A stretch of 64,000 nucleotides of DNA from Candidatus Latescibacterota bacterium (GCA_965208835.1 OZ242358.1:2880001-2944000), one strand, 5' to 3'; shown: positions 29,719-40,214, numbered from the stretch's first letter. The notes: a model not told the origin generated them from the sequence alone. Made by a program: numbers and translations.

Positions 29719-32091
29719 ATGACACTGCCACCAAAAACCCTCCTCACCCTCGAATTCAAAAAGATCCTCGACCTGATCGCGGAACGCACCGTTTCCGTGC
29801 CGGGGCGAGACGAAGTGGAGAGTCTGGCCCCGGCCGACAACCCCGAACGCATTGAATCCCGGCTCCGTCCAGTGCTGGAAACCATGGATCTGATCGGGTA
29901 TGACGATCCCGTACCGATCGGACGCATTCCCGACATCCGCGCCGCGGCGGAAACCGCCTCGGTACCGGGTACGACGCTCACCGTCGGCGAACTCGTCCAG
30001 ATCCAGGAAGTCGTGCGGATGTCACGCCGCTTTCTGGGATATTTTCATAAAAGGAAAGCGAAATATCCCCGGCTCCAGGAGCTCATGTCCGGGTTGTCCG
30101 AATACCCGGATCTGGAGGCCCGCATTCAACGGTCCGTCGATCCGTCCACGGAGACCGTCAAGGATTCCGCAAGCGTCGAATTGAAGCGGATCCGCCGAGG
30201 CCTGGAACAAACCCGATCCGGCATCCGCAGTTCCATCGAGAACATCCTGAACCGGCTACCGGACACCGTCGTGCAGGAACGGCTGATCACCATCCGGAAC
30301 GGACGCTTCGTCATTCCCGTTAGGGAAAACCAGAAACACCGGCTGGAAGGCGTCGTACACGACCAATCGGCCAGCGGCGCCACGCTCTTCGTCGAGCCGA
30401 TGGCCACCCTGGCGGACAACAATCGGCTTCGGCAACTCGAACTGGCCGAACAGCGGGAGATTAAACGCGTCCTTCGGGAACTCACCCTGAGCGTCGGCCA
30501 CATCAGCGGATGTCTGCTTGAAAACCTCCGCATTCTCGGTAGATTCGATGCCATCTACGCGATTTCCGGTTTCTCACGCGAACTGAATTGCAGCGAACCC
30601 GTTTTCAACGTGAAAGGGCGCCTGGAACTCCACGACGCACGGCATCCCCTTCTGTTCTGCCGGCTGAACGGCGAAGGCCGGACCGATTCCATCGTCCCGC
30701 TCAGCCTTTCCATGGACAGCGAGGGCATCCGCACCCTCGTCCTGACCGGCCCCAACGCCGGCGGCAAGACCGTTGCCCTCAAAACCGTCGGCCTGCTCGC
30801 GCTGATGGCTCAGGCCGGAATGCCCGTGCCGGCAGCGGAACAATCACAGTTTCCGATCTTCACCGGCGTCTTTGCCGACATCGGCGATGCACAGTCGATC
30901 GAGAACGACCTCAGCACATTCTCCTCACACGTGGCGAATCTGGTTGAAGTCACCAACCATGCGGAAGCCCGATCCCTGGTGTTACTCGACGAAGTCGGCG
31001 CCAGCACCGACCCCGATCAGGGCGCGGCCCTGGCGATGGCCCTGTTGAATACGCTTAACCAACGCGGCTGCCGCACGGTGGCCACGACCCATCACGGTGC
31101 GCTCAAGGCGTTCGCGCACCGAACAGAGGGGATGGCCAACGGCTCCATGGCCTTCGACGCGGGTACGCTGACGCCCACCTTCCAGCTTCGCCTCAACACG
31201 CCAGGCAGCAGCTATGCCTTCGAAATCGCGCGCAGGCTCAAGATGCCTGCAGAGATCGTCGACGAAGCCAGGCGTATTGCAGGAAGCGATATAGGCCGCC
31301 TGGAAGCCCTCATCGCGGACCTTGACGACACGTACCAGCACTATAACGAGGAACTGGATCGAGCACGATCCTCCCGAAGTGAGATGGAACGCCTGAACGC
31401 CGAATACAGCGGCCGCCTGAAGGATGTGGAACAACGAGAGCGCGAATTCAAACGCGGCGCCGAGGAAGAGGCCCGGCGCATCCTGGATGGCGCCAATGCC
31501 CTCATCGAACGCACCGTCTCCGAACTCAGGCAGCGCAGCGCCGACAGAGACTCGATCAAGAGGGCCAGAGCCGAGGTCGAGCGTGCGCGGCGCGATCTGG
31601 CGGCCACTGCGGTGAAACCGGCTGCGCCCGCGGCAATGCTCGAACCCGGGTGCCGCGTGCTCGTACGAAGCCTGGGCAAAGAAGGAATTGTCGCGGACGG
31701 GCGGAACGAGGGATCGCGGGTGGTAGTCGAAGTCGGCAAGCTGCGGCTGCAGGCGCGTCGGGAAGACCTCGAACTCGTGGAATCGGCCGCGGAGACCACC
31801 TCGGAAGCGGCCCGCTTCGGGTTGGCCGGACGCGACGCTGTTGCAACCGAGGTCGACTTGAGAGGAATGACCGTGGATGACGCGGTGGAAGCCGTCGACA
31901 AATACATCGATGAACTCTATCTGGCCGGCATGGAGCACGCGGCGGTGATCCACGGAAAGGGCACGGGCGCGCTTCGCCGGGCGATCGGCGCCCATCTCCA
32001 GGGGCACCAATTCATCAAGTCTCAGCGCCTGGGACTGCATGGCGAAGGCGGCGCCGGCGTTACGGTGATCACGCTCGACCTGGATACCTGA
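29719..32091 (+). CDS. mutS2: Endonuclease MutS2 (MutS ATPase + KOW + Smr)
   Basis: HDQSASGATLFVEP, TGPNAGGKT, DIGDAQSIENDLSTFSSH, LLDEVG, Smr DLRG..IHGKGTG. Confidence 0.95.
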   Translation: MTLPPKTLLTLEFKKILDLIAERTVSVPGRDEVESLAPADNPERIESRLRPVLETMDLIGYDDPVPIGRIPDIRAAAETASVPGTTLTVGELVQIQEVVRMSRRFLGYFHKRKAKYPRLQELMSGLSEYPDLEARIQRSVDPSTETVKDSASVELKRIRRGLEQTRSGIRSSIENILNRLPDTVVQERLITIRNGRFVIPVRENQKHRLEGVVHDQSASGATLFVEPMATLADNNRLRQLELAEQREIKRVLRELTLSVGHISGCLLENLRILGRFDAIYAISGFSRELNCSEPVFNVKGRLELHDARHPLLFCRLNGEGRTDSIVPLSLSMDSEGIRTLVLTGPNAGGKTVALKTVGLLALMAQAGMPVPAAEQSQFPIFTGVFADIGDAQSIENDLSTFSSHVANLVEVTNHAEARSLVLLDEVGASTDPDQGAALAMALLNTLNQRGCRTVATTHHGALKAFAHRTEGMANGSMAFDAGTLTPTFQLRLNTPGSSYAFEIARRLKMPAEIVDEARRIAGSDIGRLEALIADLDDTYQHYNEELDRARSSRSEMERLNAEYSGRLKDVEQREREFKRGAEEEARRILDGANALIERTVSELRQRSADRDSIKRARAEVERARRDLAATAVKPAAPAAMLEPGCRVLVRSLGKEGIVADGRNEGSRVVVEVGKLRLQARREDLELVESAAETTSEAARFGLAGRDAVATEVDLRGMTVDDAVEAVDKYIDELYLAGMEHAAVIHGKGTGALRRAIGAHLQGHQFIKSQRLGLHGEGGAGVTVITLDLDT

Positions 32092-32155
32092 AAGCGCGCA
32101 TTCGTGCCAATCACCGCCGCACCGCCGCTGTAATCGGTTGCAAAACCGGCGCCGA

Positions 32156-32184
32156 TTGACACCTCCGGGGGTTTCGTCTATATT
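32156..32184 (+). promoter_or_regulatory. Putative sigma70 promoter for ispG
   Basis: TTGACA-N17-TATATT. Confidence 0.65.
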
Positions 32185-32223
32185 AGATTCCAGAGGATCC
32201 AGGACCGACATTCCACCCTGAAC

Positions 32224-34176
32224 GTGAATCTGCCCATGCTGATTACCGACCTCCAGACCAATCCCGGGAAATACTGCAACAGTCTCACCGAATACCGCCG
32301 TTACCGGACGCGGGAAGTGTCCATTGGCCCTATTCCACTCGGCGGGGACAATCCCATTCGCATCCAGTCCATGACGACAACGGACACCATGGACACGCTC
32401 GCCACGGTAGAACAGTCCATCAGGATCATCGAGGCGGGGGCGGACTACGTGCGCATCACGGCGCCGAGCCGGAACGAGGCGCGCAATCTCGAGGCCATCA
32501 GGAATGAACTTCGGTCACGGGGATACGTGGCCCCGTTGATCGCCGACATTCACTACACGCCCAATGCGGCAGAAATCGCCGCCCGGATTGTTGAGAAGGT
32601 GAGGGTCAACCCCGGAAACTACGCGGACAAGAAGAAATTTCAGATTGTCGAATACACCGACGCGCAATACGCCGCCGAGATCGAGCGCATCCGCAAAAAG
32701 TTCACGCCGCTGGTCAACATCTGCAAAGAGTACGGCACCGCAATGCGCATCGGCGCCAACCACGGTTCCCTCTCGGACCGCATCATGAGCCGGTTCGGCG
32801 ATACGCCGTTGGGAATGGTCGAATCGGCATTGGAATTCACGCGTATCTGCGCCGACCTGGACTACCACGACATTGTCCTGTCCATGAAAGCCAGCAATCC
32901 ACAGGTCATGATCCAGGCCTATCGGCTGCTGGTCAACCGCATGGAATCCGAGGGATTCAACTATCCGCTTCACCTGGGCGTCACCGAGGCCGGCGACGGC
33001 GAAGACGGCCGCATCAAGTCCGCCGTGGGCATCGGTGCGCTCCTTGAAGACGGTCTGGGTGACACCGTTCGCGTCTCACTGACCGAGGAGCCCGAGGCAG
33101 AGATTCCCGTCTGCATCCGTCTGGTCGAACGCTACGCGGCCAGACCCGGGCACCCACCGATTCCCGCGATCGTCCGATACCCGATCGATCCATACACCTA
33201 TACGCGGCGCCGGACCCGGCCCGTGGACCGGGTGGGCGGCGACAGTGTGCCGGTTGTGATCCTTACCCCTCACGAACCGCAGTCACCAGCCTGCCTGTCC
33301 CCCATCGGCTATCAATACGACGCCGAACTGGACAAATGGAATATCGCGGACATGGCGCCAGACTTCATCTATCTGGGCGGACGGGACATCGACTTCGGCC
33401 TTCCGGGCACGCTCGGCAAAATCCTGGACTACGATGCGTGGTGCGACCGGCGCGATGCTTCGAACGCCTATCCGCTGTTCGATCTGGCCACATTTCACGA
33501 CGCTCCATTTCGGTCCGAACGCCTGAATTTCGTACTCGCCGATCCGGATGACCTGGACCCGGACGCGCTTGATGTGCTGCGTGGGGCAGCCAACTGCGTG
33601 CTTGTCCTGCGTACGGAAAACTCCCACGCGATGCCGGACCTGCGCCGCGCCATGGCTGAGTTCCTCGAGCGTGACATCCGGATTCCCGTCGTTTTTAAAC
33701 GGGAATACGTTGGTATCGACGACGACGCGCTCATCCTTCACGGCGCTATCGATACCGGCGGCCTGCTCACCGACGGGCTCGGCGATGGTATCTGGCTGGA
33801 GTCGCCGGATTCCGAACCGTGCGACCTCAACCGTCTCGGGTTCGGTATCCTGCAGGCGACTCGCACCCGCATTTCGAAAACCGAGTATATCTCCTGCCCC
33901 TCTTGCGGCCGCACGCTCTTCGACCTGCAGGAAACCACCGCCCTGATACGCGGCCGCACCGACCACCTGAAAGGCGTCAAGATCGGCATAATGGGATGTA
34001 TCGTGAACGGTCCCGGTGAAATGGCCGACGCGGATTACGGTTACGTTGGCAGCGGGCCGGGCCGGATTACGCTCTACCGAGGCAAGGATATTGTCAAGCG
34101 CAACATCCCCACAGCCGTCGCCGTGGACGAACTGATCGATCTGATCAGGGAAGACAACCGGTGGGTGGATGCGTGA
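32224..34176 (+). CDS. ispG: HMBPP synthase, long three-domain form
   Basis: IQSMT, ADIH, RVNPGN, NHGSL, PLHLGVTEAG, CPSCGR..MGCIVNGPGE; about 250-aa insert. Confidence 0.95.
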   Translation: MNLPMLITDLQTNPGKYCNSLTEYRRYRTREVSIGPIPLGGDNPIRIQSMTTTDTMDTLATVEQSIRIIEAGADYVRITAPSRNEARNLEAIRNELRSRGYVAPLIADIHYTPNAAEIAARIVEKVRVNPGNYADKKKFQIVEYTDAQYAAEIERIRKKFTPLVNICKEYGTAMRIGANHGSLSDRIMSRFGDTPLGMVESALEFTRICADLDYHDIVLSMKASNPQVMIQAYRLLVNRMESEGFNYPLHLGVTEAGDGEDGRIKSAVGIGALLEDGLGDTVRVSLTEEPEAEIPVCIRLVERYAARPGHPPIPAIVRYPIDPYTYTRRRTRPVDRVGGDSVPVVILTPHEPQSPACLSPIGYQYDAELDKWNIADMAPDFIYLGGRDIDFGLPGTLGKILDYDAWCDRRDASNAYPLFDLATFHDAPFRSERLNFVLADPDDLDPDALDVLRGAANCVLVLRTENSHAMPDLRRAMAEFLERDIRIPVVFKREYVGIDDDALILHGAIDTGGLLTDGLGDGIWLESPDSEPCDLNRLGFGILQATRTRISKTEYISCPSCGRTLFDLQETTALIRGRTDHLKGVKIGIMGCIVNGPGEMADADYGYVGSGPGRITLYRGKDIVKRNIPTAVAVDELIDLIREDNRWVDA

Positions 34177-34295
34177 ACGCGGTATGGCCCCACGCTGACG
34201 ATCCGCATTCCCTCTCGCCTGCGATCGCGCAGGATTCAGCGCGTTGACGTTCCTGCAACCCTGTCTTTGTTTTCAATCCGACTGGCTGGCCCGTC

Positions 34296-36110
34296 ATGGC
34301 CCTCATCCCTGAAGATACCGTCGAACAGGTCCGCAACTCGGTGGACATCGTCGACGTCATATCGGAATTTGTCGCGCTCAGCAAACGCGGCAAGAGCTTT
34401 CTGGGCCTGTGCCCCTTTCACGACGACCGGACGCCCTCCCTGAATGTCTCCCAGGAAAAGCAGATCTACAAGTGTTTTTCCTGCGGCGCGGGCGGAAATG
34501 CATTCAGATTCCTGATGGAACTCGAACGCATCAGTTTCGTCGAATCCGTGCGCAAGCTCGCTAACCAGGCCGGTATCGTACTGCCTGAATCCGAATCCGG
34601 GAGACCCGCGGAAAAAGACACCAACGACGAGCTGTACAGGACGGTCGAATTCGCGCAGAAATACTTCCGCCACATGCTGATGCGCCACCCGTCAGGCGCG
34701 CGCGCGCGCGATTACCTGGTCGGGCGCGGCGTGTCCGAGTCCATGATGGAAGCCTTTTCGCTGGGTTACGCCACCAATGCGTGGGACGGGTTGCTCGGCG
34801 TGGCCGGCCGACGCGGCTTCAGCGCGCAGATGCTGGCACGGGCGGGCCTGGCTGTATCGCGTGAAAACGGTGGACACTACGATCGCTTTCGCGACCGCGT
34901 GATCTTTCCCATACAATCGCACACGGGAAGGACCGTCGCTTTCGGCGCCCGCGCCCTGGATCCGGAACAACAGCCCAAATACCTGAACTCACCCGAGACT
35001 CCCGTCTATAACAAGAGCGCCACGCTTTACGGCCTCTGGAACAACCGGGAGCCCATCCGTACAACACGGTCGGCGGTGGTGGTCGAGGGATACATGGACG
35101 TCGTCGCCCTGGCACAGTTCGACGTCCGCAACGTTGTCGCCTCGTCCGGGACCGCGCTCACGACTGACCATGCGCGCCTGCTCAAGCGGTATGCGGATCT
35201 GGCCGTGCTCGTTTTCGACGGCGATGCCGCGGGAACCGCCGCGACCGTACGCGGTATAGGTGCGATGATGGCGTCCGAACTGGAGATTCGTGTCGTCACG
35301 CTGGTCGGCGGCGAGGATCCTGACAGCTTCGTGCGGCAGCGGGGTTCGGATGGCTTCAACGAACTGACCGAATCCGCGGCGCCTTTAATGGATTTTCTCT
35401 TCGAATGGGTTCGTTCGCGGGAAGATCTGTCCACGTCGGACGGCAAGACCCGCGCCGTCAGGACCGTTTCGGAGATTATCGCGCATTCAGGGGACAGCGC
35501 CCGGCGGGGCTTTCTCATCCAGGAAACCGCGCAGAAGCTGGGGATCGAGGAAGCGATTGTCATAAACGCGGTACAGCGAGCCGCCCGTTACCGGCGAAGC
35601 GGGCGCAACCCGGCCGATGAAGATGCAGATTCTCGATCGGCGTCGTTCGAGCCGGGCCCCCGAATGGAACGGGAACTCATTACGCTGATGATGACTGACG
35701 ATTCTACGGCCGATACGGTACTTGCGGAGATAGACGCCGGACACTTTACAAACGGCGTCTATAGACGTATCTCGGGGATGATCGCGGCGGCGCGTAAGGA
35801 GGGTCGGACCGCCTCCGCGGCGGCGCTGCTGGATCGTTGCGAGGACGCCGGACTGGCCGGTATCGTTTCCGCGCTGTCCATGGAAACCGGCATACTCAAT
35901 CCGGAAGGGCGGATACCGTTGCAGGACTATCTCACCCGGATGCAACTCAAAGCCCTCGACACTCGAATCGCGGCCGTGGAGACGCAACTGCGAGCGGCCG
36001 GAGGACAGACCGATCCAATGGCGTTGATGGCCGAACACAAAGATCTCACCCGCCAACGCAAAGAACTGTTCGCCGGACGTCAGGCGCAAACCGAAGTAGC
36101 GCCGCGTTGA
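34296..36110 (+). CDS. dnaG: DNA primase
   Basis: CPFH..CFSC zinc finger, KYLNSPET, VEGYMDV, FDGDAAG, DPD TOPRIM. Confidence 0.96.
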   Translation: MALIPEDTVEQVRNSVDIVDVISEFVALSKRGKSFLGLCPFHDDRTPSLNVSQEKQIYKCFSCGAGGNAFRFLMELERISFVESVRKLANQAGIVLPESESGRPAEKDTNDELYRTVEFAQKYFRHMLMRHPSGARARDYLVGRGVSESMMEAFSLGYATNAWDGLLGVAGRRGFSAQMLARAGLAVSRENGGHYDRFRDRVIFPIQSHTGRTVAFGARALDPEQQPKYLNSPETPVYNKSATLYGLWNNREPIRTTRSAVVVEGYMDVVALAQFDVRNVVASSGTALTTDHARLLKRYADLAVLVFDGDAAGTAATVRGIGAMMASELEIRVVTLVGGEDPDSFVRQRGSDGFNELTESAAPLMDFLFEWVRSREDLSTSDGKTRAVRTVSEIIAHSGDSARRGFLIQETAQKLGIEEAIVINAVQRAARYRRSGRNPADEDADSRSASFEPGPRMERELITLMMTDDSTADTVLAEIDAGHFTNGVYRRISGMIAAARKEGRTASAAALLDRCEDAGLAGIVSALSMETGILNPEGRIPLQDYLTRMQLKALDTRIAAVETQLRAAGGQTDPMALMAEHKDLTRQRKELFAGRQAQTEVAPR

Positions 36111-36160
36111 CCACAAAACGCTTGTCCTTTCGTCCATTTCTCGTAGATTTCACTGTTATC

Positions 36161-36237
36161 GGGCCCTTAGCTCAGTTGGTTAGAGCGGCGGACTCATAAT
36201 CCGTTGGTCGCAGGTTCGAGTCCTGCAGGGCCCACCA
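36161..36237 (+). tRNA. tRNA with CAU anticodon, most likely tRNA-Ile2 (lysidine)
   Basis: Full cloverleaf GGGCCCTTAGCTCAG...CTCATAA...GTTCGAG...GGGCCCACCA; paired G1-C72 and an ileX-like acceptor stem argue against initiator Met. Confidence 0.9.
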
Positions 36238-36245
36238 GAATACAC

Positions 36246-36283
36246 AAGAGGGAGCCGAAGATTCCATCGGCTCCCTCTTTTTA
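36246..36283 (+). terminator. Intrinsic terminator after the tRNA (possibly bidirectional)
   Basis: AAGAGGGAGCCGA / TCGGCTCCCTCTT hairpin followed by T run. Confidence 0.8.
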
Positions 36284-36440
36284 CTTATTGGTGAATATAC
36301 CTGCGAGGCCGGGTTGTGTCATGATTGAAGTGAGCAAATTCGAGAGCTGGTGGCCAAGAAAACGAACCTGGACATCAGCGGGCAAGCGGTCATGAGACGA
36401 ATCGTGCCACGTGAGAATCCCCAGTAACCCGAGTGTTGTC

Positions 36441-37334
36441 TCAATGGGCATTTCCAGTCGGTTTCTCATTCTTGCGCACAAGCAAATAGACGACCATAGC
36501 GATAATATTGCCCAACAAACCGAACAATCCCCACGCCACGGCTCTCTCGTTTCTTTTCTGGGCATCCAGGGCCATCCACGCGGGGACAGTGAGCCAAAAG
36601 AGGATCAAGCTGCCTGTCAAAAACACGGCGACGGTTATATTTCTCACCGGTCTGATGTTTTCGAGTCTATCTACAGTAGCATCCCCAAGCTTGAATTGTG
36701 GACGCGAAGCAGCCGCGGCAATCAAGCCATCCTTGACGCGGGTTATGATCACGGGCCTCTTGGATGCAAGACGAAGATTAGGATCGGCGGAAATGATTAG
36801 GTGTTTCGGAATCTTGTCTCGGGATTGGCTGAAATTGGAAGTCCAGCTTTCGACGGAACCACCAATTATCGCAGGTAACAGGATGGCGGTCCGCTGTATC
36901 GGTGACAGCAAGCCATCGGGCACGGTCTCCAGAAGATCAGTCAGAGTACCGAGAGGAAAATCTGCGACATTGCGTATCGGGGGATTGTACCGACCGTAAT
37001 ACACAATGAGGCCGTGGGCATTGGTCACCCATACCTCTCCAATAGCTTTTTCTATGGCTACCGCTTCACTCAAGGCCCTTTGAGTTTCCTGGTTGCCATC
37101 GATCGTGTCTATAATCCCCACAATCCGCTCTAAGGCGGCTCTGGCCTCATCCGCTCTTTCCCGCTCCTCTTCCCGGAAGCGGTGGCGCAATTGTTCCCTG
37201 TGCTTCAATTCTGCAGTTTTCCTTGGCACTACGTAAAACTCAAGAAACACAATGGAGGAAAGAACAAGCAGAAAGCTAACGACGGCCAATCTGGGCAGCC
37301 ATTTGTGCAATGCGTCTTTCAGCCGCTCATTCAT
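36441..37334 (-). CDS. Hypothetical membrane protein, third gene of the ECF operon
   Basis: N-terminal TM, extracytoplasmic domain, C-terminal W..DA.KR...WGLFGLL..VYLLVR hairpin. Confidence 0.7.
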   Translation of the reverse strand: MNERLKDALHKWLPRLAVVSFLLVLSSIVFLEFYVVPRKTAELKHREQLRHRFREEERERADEARAALERIVGIIDTIDGNQETQRALSEAVAIEKAIGEVWVTNAHGLIVYYGRYNPPIRNVADFPLGTLTDLLETVPDGLLSPIQRTAILLPAIIGGSVESWTSNFSQSRDKIPKHLIISADPNLRLASKRPVIITRVKDGLIAAAASRPQFKLGDATVDRLENIRPVRNITVAVFLTGSLILFWLTVPAWMALDAQKRNERAVAWGLFGLLGNIIAMVVYLLVRKNEKPTGNAH

Positions 37335-37338
37335 GAAA

Positions 37339-37677
37339 TCACTCCCTTCTTTGGCGATACAAAAGGACAATCGGGCTAACCAACAACGAAACGATGTTCA
37401 AACCGACCAAACCATATACGAACGCCAGCATGAATTGGTCAATATCGAGCCTTGTGCCTCCGGCGAAAAGCAGGGCGCACAATTCCAATGCGCATATCGC
37501 CAAGGCGATTCTGCCGTAAAGTGGGACTTGGAAACGCTCTTGAACTACCCGTCTTTCTCTTATCCAGTTCAACGCGTTAGCCAGTACGACATCATCCACT
37601 CTTTGGGGTAACTGCATGTCGGGTACAGTGCCCAACAATGCCTGGATTTCCTCGATGGTGCGGCGGTCCTGTTTCAT
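37339..37677 (-). CDS. Small membrane protein, putative anti-sigma factor
   Basis: ATG overlaps the sigma stop (ATGA); short soluble N-terminus plus two TM helices. Confidence 0.6.
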   Translation of the reverse strand: MKQDRRTIEEIQALLGTVPDMQLPQRVDDVVLANALNWIRERRVVQERFQVPLYGRIALAICALELCALLFAGGTRLDIDQFMLAFVYGLVGLNIVSLLVSPIVLLYRQRRE

Positions 37678-38204
37678 TGGTCTCGCGCCATAAGTCGGAG
37701 TTGTCTTAAAGCGTTGTGCAAACGGCTCTTGACGGTTCCAATTGGGATGCCGACAATATTCGCCGTCTCTTCCTGCGAGCAACCGCGCAGAACGCGAAGC
37801 ACAACGACGGCGCGTAAGTGGGGGTTCAGGCCTGCCAGTAGTTGGTGCACGGTTTCCTCGTCTTCTCTCTCAAGCAACCGTTCCAGGGGATCGCACGCAG
37901 GTGGCGACGTGGCCATCTTCTCGGCCGGGATACTCATGCTCTGGCGGCGTAACTCGTCCATACAAAGGTTGTGGGCTATGGTGTATAACCAAGTCGAATA
38001 TTTGCGCCGGGGATTGAAGCGGTCGACGTTTTCCAAGACTCGTATGTAGGTCTCCTGAAACACATCCTCCGCTAAGGCCGCGTCGTGCAGTAGCCGATAA
38101 AGAAAATTGAAGAGTGACTGGCGATGGCGCGTATAGAGTTCGTCAAAAGCCTGAATATCTCCCTGGCGGAGATTCTCCATCAATGCTTCGTCGCTCCAGA
38201 CCAT
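37674..38204 (-). CDS. ECF RNA polymerase sigma-70 factor
   Basis: AEDVFQETY, STWLYTIAHNLCMD (region 2); GIPIGTVKSRLHNA (region 4). Confidence 0.93.
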   Translation of the reverse strand: MVWSDEALMENLRQGDIQAFDELYTRHRQSLFNFLYRLLHDAALAEDVFQETYIRVLENVDRFNPRRKYSTWLYTIAHNLCMDELRRQSMSIPAEKMATSPPACDPLERLLEREDEETVHQLLAGLNPHLRAVVVLRVLRGCSQEETANIVGIPIGTVKSRLHNALRQLRLMARDQ

Positions 38205-38267
38205 AGGAGAATCCAGATGAGCCTATCTTTAAGCCTCAAGGTTATGACGCCAGTCTATTTATAGATT

Positions 38268-38296
38268 GATACGGATTGGGCCGTGATTTCGTTCAC
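38268..38296 (-). promoter_or_regulatory. Putative ECF-type autoregulatory promoter
   Basis: GTGAAC-N17-CGTATC about 60 bp upstream of the sigma start. Confidence 0.5.
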
Positions 38297-38599
38297 GGTG
38301 TTGATGAAAATGTGGACTGACCACTCAACGGTTCGGCTGTCCTGCAAGACCCGCAAGAGTCCACCGGTCGCAACTGATCCACAGCGTCCCGGATTCACAC
38401 TCCCACAGCAGCTGTGCTCCGGGGATCATTTTCTCCATTTGAGTTGAACCAGATTGGGAGCTGACATTCGAGGTAGGATTTCCGACTCGACCTGACGGAA
38501 GGGCAGAGCGGAACTGCTGGCGGAGCCGACCACCCTACAAACGTTTGGTCGGTTGCGGCAATTTACACAGGCAGGTCCGTCTACACTTTGCGAAACAGG

Positions 38600-38627
38600 G
38601 CAACTCTTCACCAGGACATGCGTCTAA
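38600..38627 (+). promoter_or_regulatory. Putative ECF-type promoter upstream of the serpin
   Basis: GCAAC-N16-CGTCTAA. Confidence 0.45.
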
Positions 38628-38747
38628 CTCATAATCACATTTTCTCGTAACGGTAAGAGAAAACCGCGTCGGCGTAATTCGACATCCACCGCGAACTCGG
38701 ACAATTCACCCGAGCACATCTTTCCACGCGAGCGCACCGAGGTTGTC

Positions 38748-40106
38748 ATGGACCAGAAAAACCTAAGATCAACAGGCACTACGCTTCGCATCCGGTCTGG
38801 AGGTTTGCTTTTAGCGTTCGTGACCGTGCTGCTGTTAACAGCACACCCCGGATGCGGAGGGAAGTCGCCGGTTGACGAGACGGAGGATGACAGGGAAGAC
38901 CAGTCGACTGAAGTGCTGCGGTCCGAAAAGGCGCGAAAGACCTCTCTGTCCGCGTCGGACGTGAAGCTGGACGATCTGGTGCGGGGAAACAGCGCGTTCG
39001 CGCTGGACCTCTACGGCACATTGCGAGAGCGGGAAGGGAACCTGTTCTATTCGCCGCACAGCATCTCCGTGGCGCTGGCCATGATGTACGCCGGCGCGAG
39101 AGGCGAGACCGCACGGCAGATGGAGGAGGTCCTTCGTTTTCAGCTTCCTCCAGATCAGCTGCACCCCGCCTTCAACGTCCTTGACCTCGCGCTTTCATCC
39201 CGCGGCGAAAACAGCGGAAGCCAGGAGCGTGGCGAATTCCGGTTGAACATCGCAAATGCCATCTGGGGACAGAAGGGTTACGCGTTCCTGCCGGACTTCC
39301 TCGACGAGCTGGCCGAGAACTATGGCGCCGGGATGCGGGCAGTAGATTTCGCAGACGATCCCGAAGCTTCGCGTACGGCCATCAACGACTGGGTCTCGGA
39401 GCGGACCGAAGACAGGATCAAGGACCTGATTCCGCAGGGTGTCATCAATCGTCTGACGCGGCTGGTACTGGCGAATGCCATCTACTTCAATGCGGCCTGG
39501 CACCTCCCGTTCGACGAGAGACGGACGTCGAGTGAACCATTCCAATTGCCAGACGGCAATCGCGTCGACGTACCGATGATGCGCCAGACGGAGACCTTCA
39601 ACTACACACTGCACGAAACGCACGAGACCCAGGCCGTGGAATTGCTTTACGCCGGCGAGGAGGCGTCGCTGATCATCCTCCTCCCGGCTAAGGGCAAATA
39701 CGACCAGTTCGAAGACGCGTTGAGCGCGGATCTCGTCAGTGAGATTTCGAAGCGAATGAGACCCATCCGCCTCAGGCTTTCCGTACCGTCCTTCGAGTTC
39801 ACGTCTGAATTCAGGTTGGCCGATACGCTCGACGGGATGGGGATGACCAACGCCTTCGACTCCGAATCAGCGGACTTTTCCGGGATGGCCGATGGGAAGG
39901 GCCTCTACCTTTCGGCGGTCGTTCACAAGGCGTTTATAAAGCTGGACGAACGGGGTACCGAGGCAGGCGCGGCCACGGGCGGGACGATCGGTGTCACCTC
40001 GTTGCCGCCGGCGTTCACGGCCGACCGGCCGTTCATCTTCCTCATAAGGGACAATGCCACGGACGCCATCCTGTTTGTCGGACGCGTGATGGATCCGCGG
40101 AAATAA
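38748..40106 (+). CDS. Serpin (serine protease inhibitor), probable lipoprotein
   Basis: NLFYSPHSIS, LANAIYFNAAW, DERGTEAGAAT hinge, FTADRPFIFLI; lipobox-like PGC. Confidence 0.93.
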   Translation: MDQKNLRSTGTTLRIRSGGLLLAFVTVLLLTAHPGCGGKSPVDETEDDREDQSTEVLRSEKARKTSLSASDVKLDDLVRGNSAFALDLYGTLREREGNLFYSPHSISVALAMMYAGARGETARQMEEVLRFQLPPDQLHPAFNVLDLALSSRGENSGSQERGEFRLNIANAIWGQKGYAFLPDFLDELAENYGAGMRAVDFADDPEASRTAINDWVSERTEDRIKDLIPQGVINRLTRLVLANAIYFNAAWHLPFDERRTSSEPFQLPDGNRVDVPMMRQTETFNYTLHETHETQAVELLYAGEEASLIILLPAKGKYDQFEDALSADLVSEISKRMRPIRLRLSVPSFEFTSEFRLADTLDGMGMTNAFDSESADFSGMADGKGLYLSAVVHKAFIKLDERGTEAGAATGGTIGVTSLPPAFTADRPFIFLIRDNATDAILFVGRVMDPRK

Positions 40107-40214
40107 TCACTGCGTCCCTGGCCAATGCGGAGACGCCGCTGAGAAACCGTACGCCGCCGGGCGTTCGGTTTCTTTTATTCGGTCTTGCCGACTTTGGAGT
40201 AAGAAGAGGTCCCT

